Origin: Macrostomum hystrix
Taxonomy: Eukaryota > Animalia > Platyhelminthes
Assembly (NCBI GenBank): GCA_950097015.1
Contig: CATNEN010000005.1
Coordinates: 5,580,001 to 5,644,000, forward strand
DNA length: 64,000 nt
Direction: 5' to 3'
The notes under the pieces are model-generated. The model was not told the origin of the DNA, searched no databases, and saw nothing but the letters and a program-made list of their open reading frames with translations. Shown piece by piece: positions 62,842 to 64,000 of this stretch. The first letter of the stretch is position 1. Each line of letters opens with the position of its first letter. Position numbers and translations under genes: made by a program.

Positions 62842-64000
62842 GTGCCGAGGTGCGGATGAGGCCACGCCCCTCCAGTCAAGTCCCAGCGAACGTTCAGGCC
62901 TCCCAGTTTCGAATTCCGTCCCAGTACAAGTTTTGCTATCCTCGCAAAACGGTACCTGTCTGGAAGGCATGTAAAAACAATGCGATCACACATCATGTGA
63001 TTCCAACATCACCAAATGCGTTTGCGTTACTAGCACCCAATGCGTCAGCACCCAATGCGTCAGCACCCAATGCGTCAGCACCCAATGCGTTAGCACCCAA
63101 TGCGTCAGCACCCAATGCGTCAGTACCCAATGCGTCAGCACCCAATGCGTCAGCACCCAATGCGTCAGCACCCAATGCGTCAGCACCCAATGCGTCAGCA
63201 CCCATTTCCTCAGCCCCCAATGCATGTGATTTTTCCAAAATTGAGAGAAAACCCTGCAAAGCAAAGATGGCGATAAAGAAATCTGCCCCCACAGCCAAAG
63301 TGGAGCTGACCAAGCTGAATGGCTATGAAGCAGTCATCGCTGGAAGTGTCAAGAACCAGTCAGTAGACTTCCTACTAGACACTGGAGCTAGGAACAACTT
63401 CCTTAGCAAATCGACATGGTCAAAAATCTTCAAACCAGACCAAATTCAAGAGACAAACAAGAGAGTGTCCACATTTGATGGTACTCAGGTACAACTAGAA
63501 GGAGAAGTCACAGCTAAAATGAGATTCGGCGACATCAAATTGGAAGTAGAATTCTTGCTTTGTCAGCATGATTGTGACGACATTTTAGGAATGGAGTTCT
63601 TTCTTAGTCACTGTGAAAGCATCCACCTTGCTAAGGGCATGTTGGTACTGAAGAGAGGTACCTGTGTTCCTATGAAGTACACTCGCCTGCCAGTTCGAGT
63701 TTGCCGGGTATATACCCAAGAGAGAGTTGTAATTCCGGCTAATTGTGCACTCAGAATTCCAGTGAAACTCGCCAGAAACAGTGAAGCCAACTATGGCACT
63801 CCTATGACCATCGAGACTATTGGAGATGGAGTGAGAACTAAAGAAGTAACTCTGGAAATGGCACCGACTCTGGTCACGATGCAAGAAGGAGTTGGAATCG
63901 TTGAGATCGTGAATCAACATGCAGTCGATGTCACCCTGTCGAAGTCAGCACTAGTAGGATTGGCGAAACCCATGAAAGTGCAAGAACTTACCTATTGGCA
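62832..64000 (+). CDS. pol: Pol N-terminus via -1 frameshift; protease; open to the window end
   Basis: G GGA AAC at 62832-62838; the -1 frame has no stop in the part read; FLLDTGA and ILGMEF. Confidence 0.85.
63033..63212 (+). repeat. 15-bp coding tandem repeat (SAPNA) x11-12
   Basis: GCACCCAATGCGTCA units, in frame with pol. Confidence 0.95.

Larger units (their letters stand above)
61322..64000 (+). mobile_element. 5' part of a Ty3/gypsy LTR retrotransposon; LTR left edge uncertain; runs off the window
   Basis: LTR ends with CA at 61848; PBS TGGTGACAGCGG at 61852; gag; protease. Three ~54-bp tandem repeats at 61395-61556. Confidence 0.85.

Noticed and set aside
62986-63313. Minus-strand VLTHW and ADALG repeat ORFs
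   Set aside because: Antisense shadows of the 15-bp repeat in pol.

Overview
Eukaryotic, intron-containing animal DNA made almost entirely of nested transposable elements. No rRNA, tRNA or CRISPR was found. The main feature is an unusual non-autonomous Ty3/gypsy-type LTR family ('family A', minus strand). It is present as two divergent subfamily copies (164-19314, disrupted; 41773-52889, intact with a 4-bp AAAC TSD) plus a third fragment (24660-25655). It has ~2.3-kb LTRs, a tRNA-Leu PBS, and gag followed by a conserved -1 frameshift into an aspartic protease that stops immediately, with no RT, RNase H or integrase. It also carries a conserved 193-aa orphan ORF and a three-exon antisense gene, absent from the ORF track, that encodes an 81-85 aa protein with a C-terminal hydrophobic segment. 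Also present: a second putative LTR family ('B') with an Arg-rich orphan ORF, reciprocally nested with A; a full-length I/Jockey-type LINE whose ORF1 contains an AlkB dioxygenase domain; Helitrons; CACTA-like and hAT DNA transposons; an RNase H LINE fragment; a degenerate gene cluster with a TBP-like ORF; and the 5' end of a gypsy element with an intact gag-pol frameshift. All calls were made by eye; domain names come from motif recognition, not database searches.
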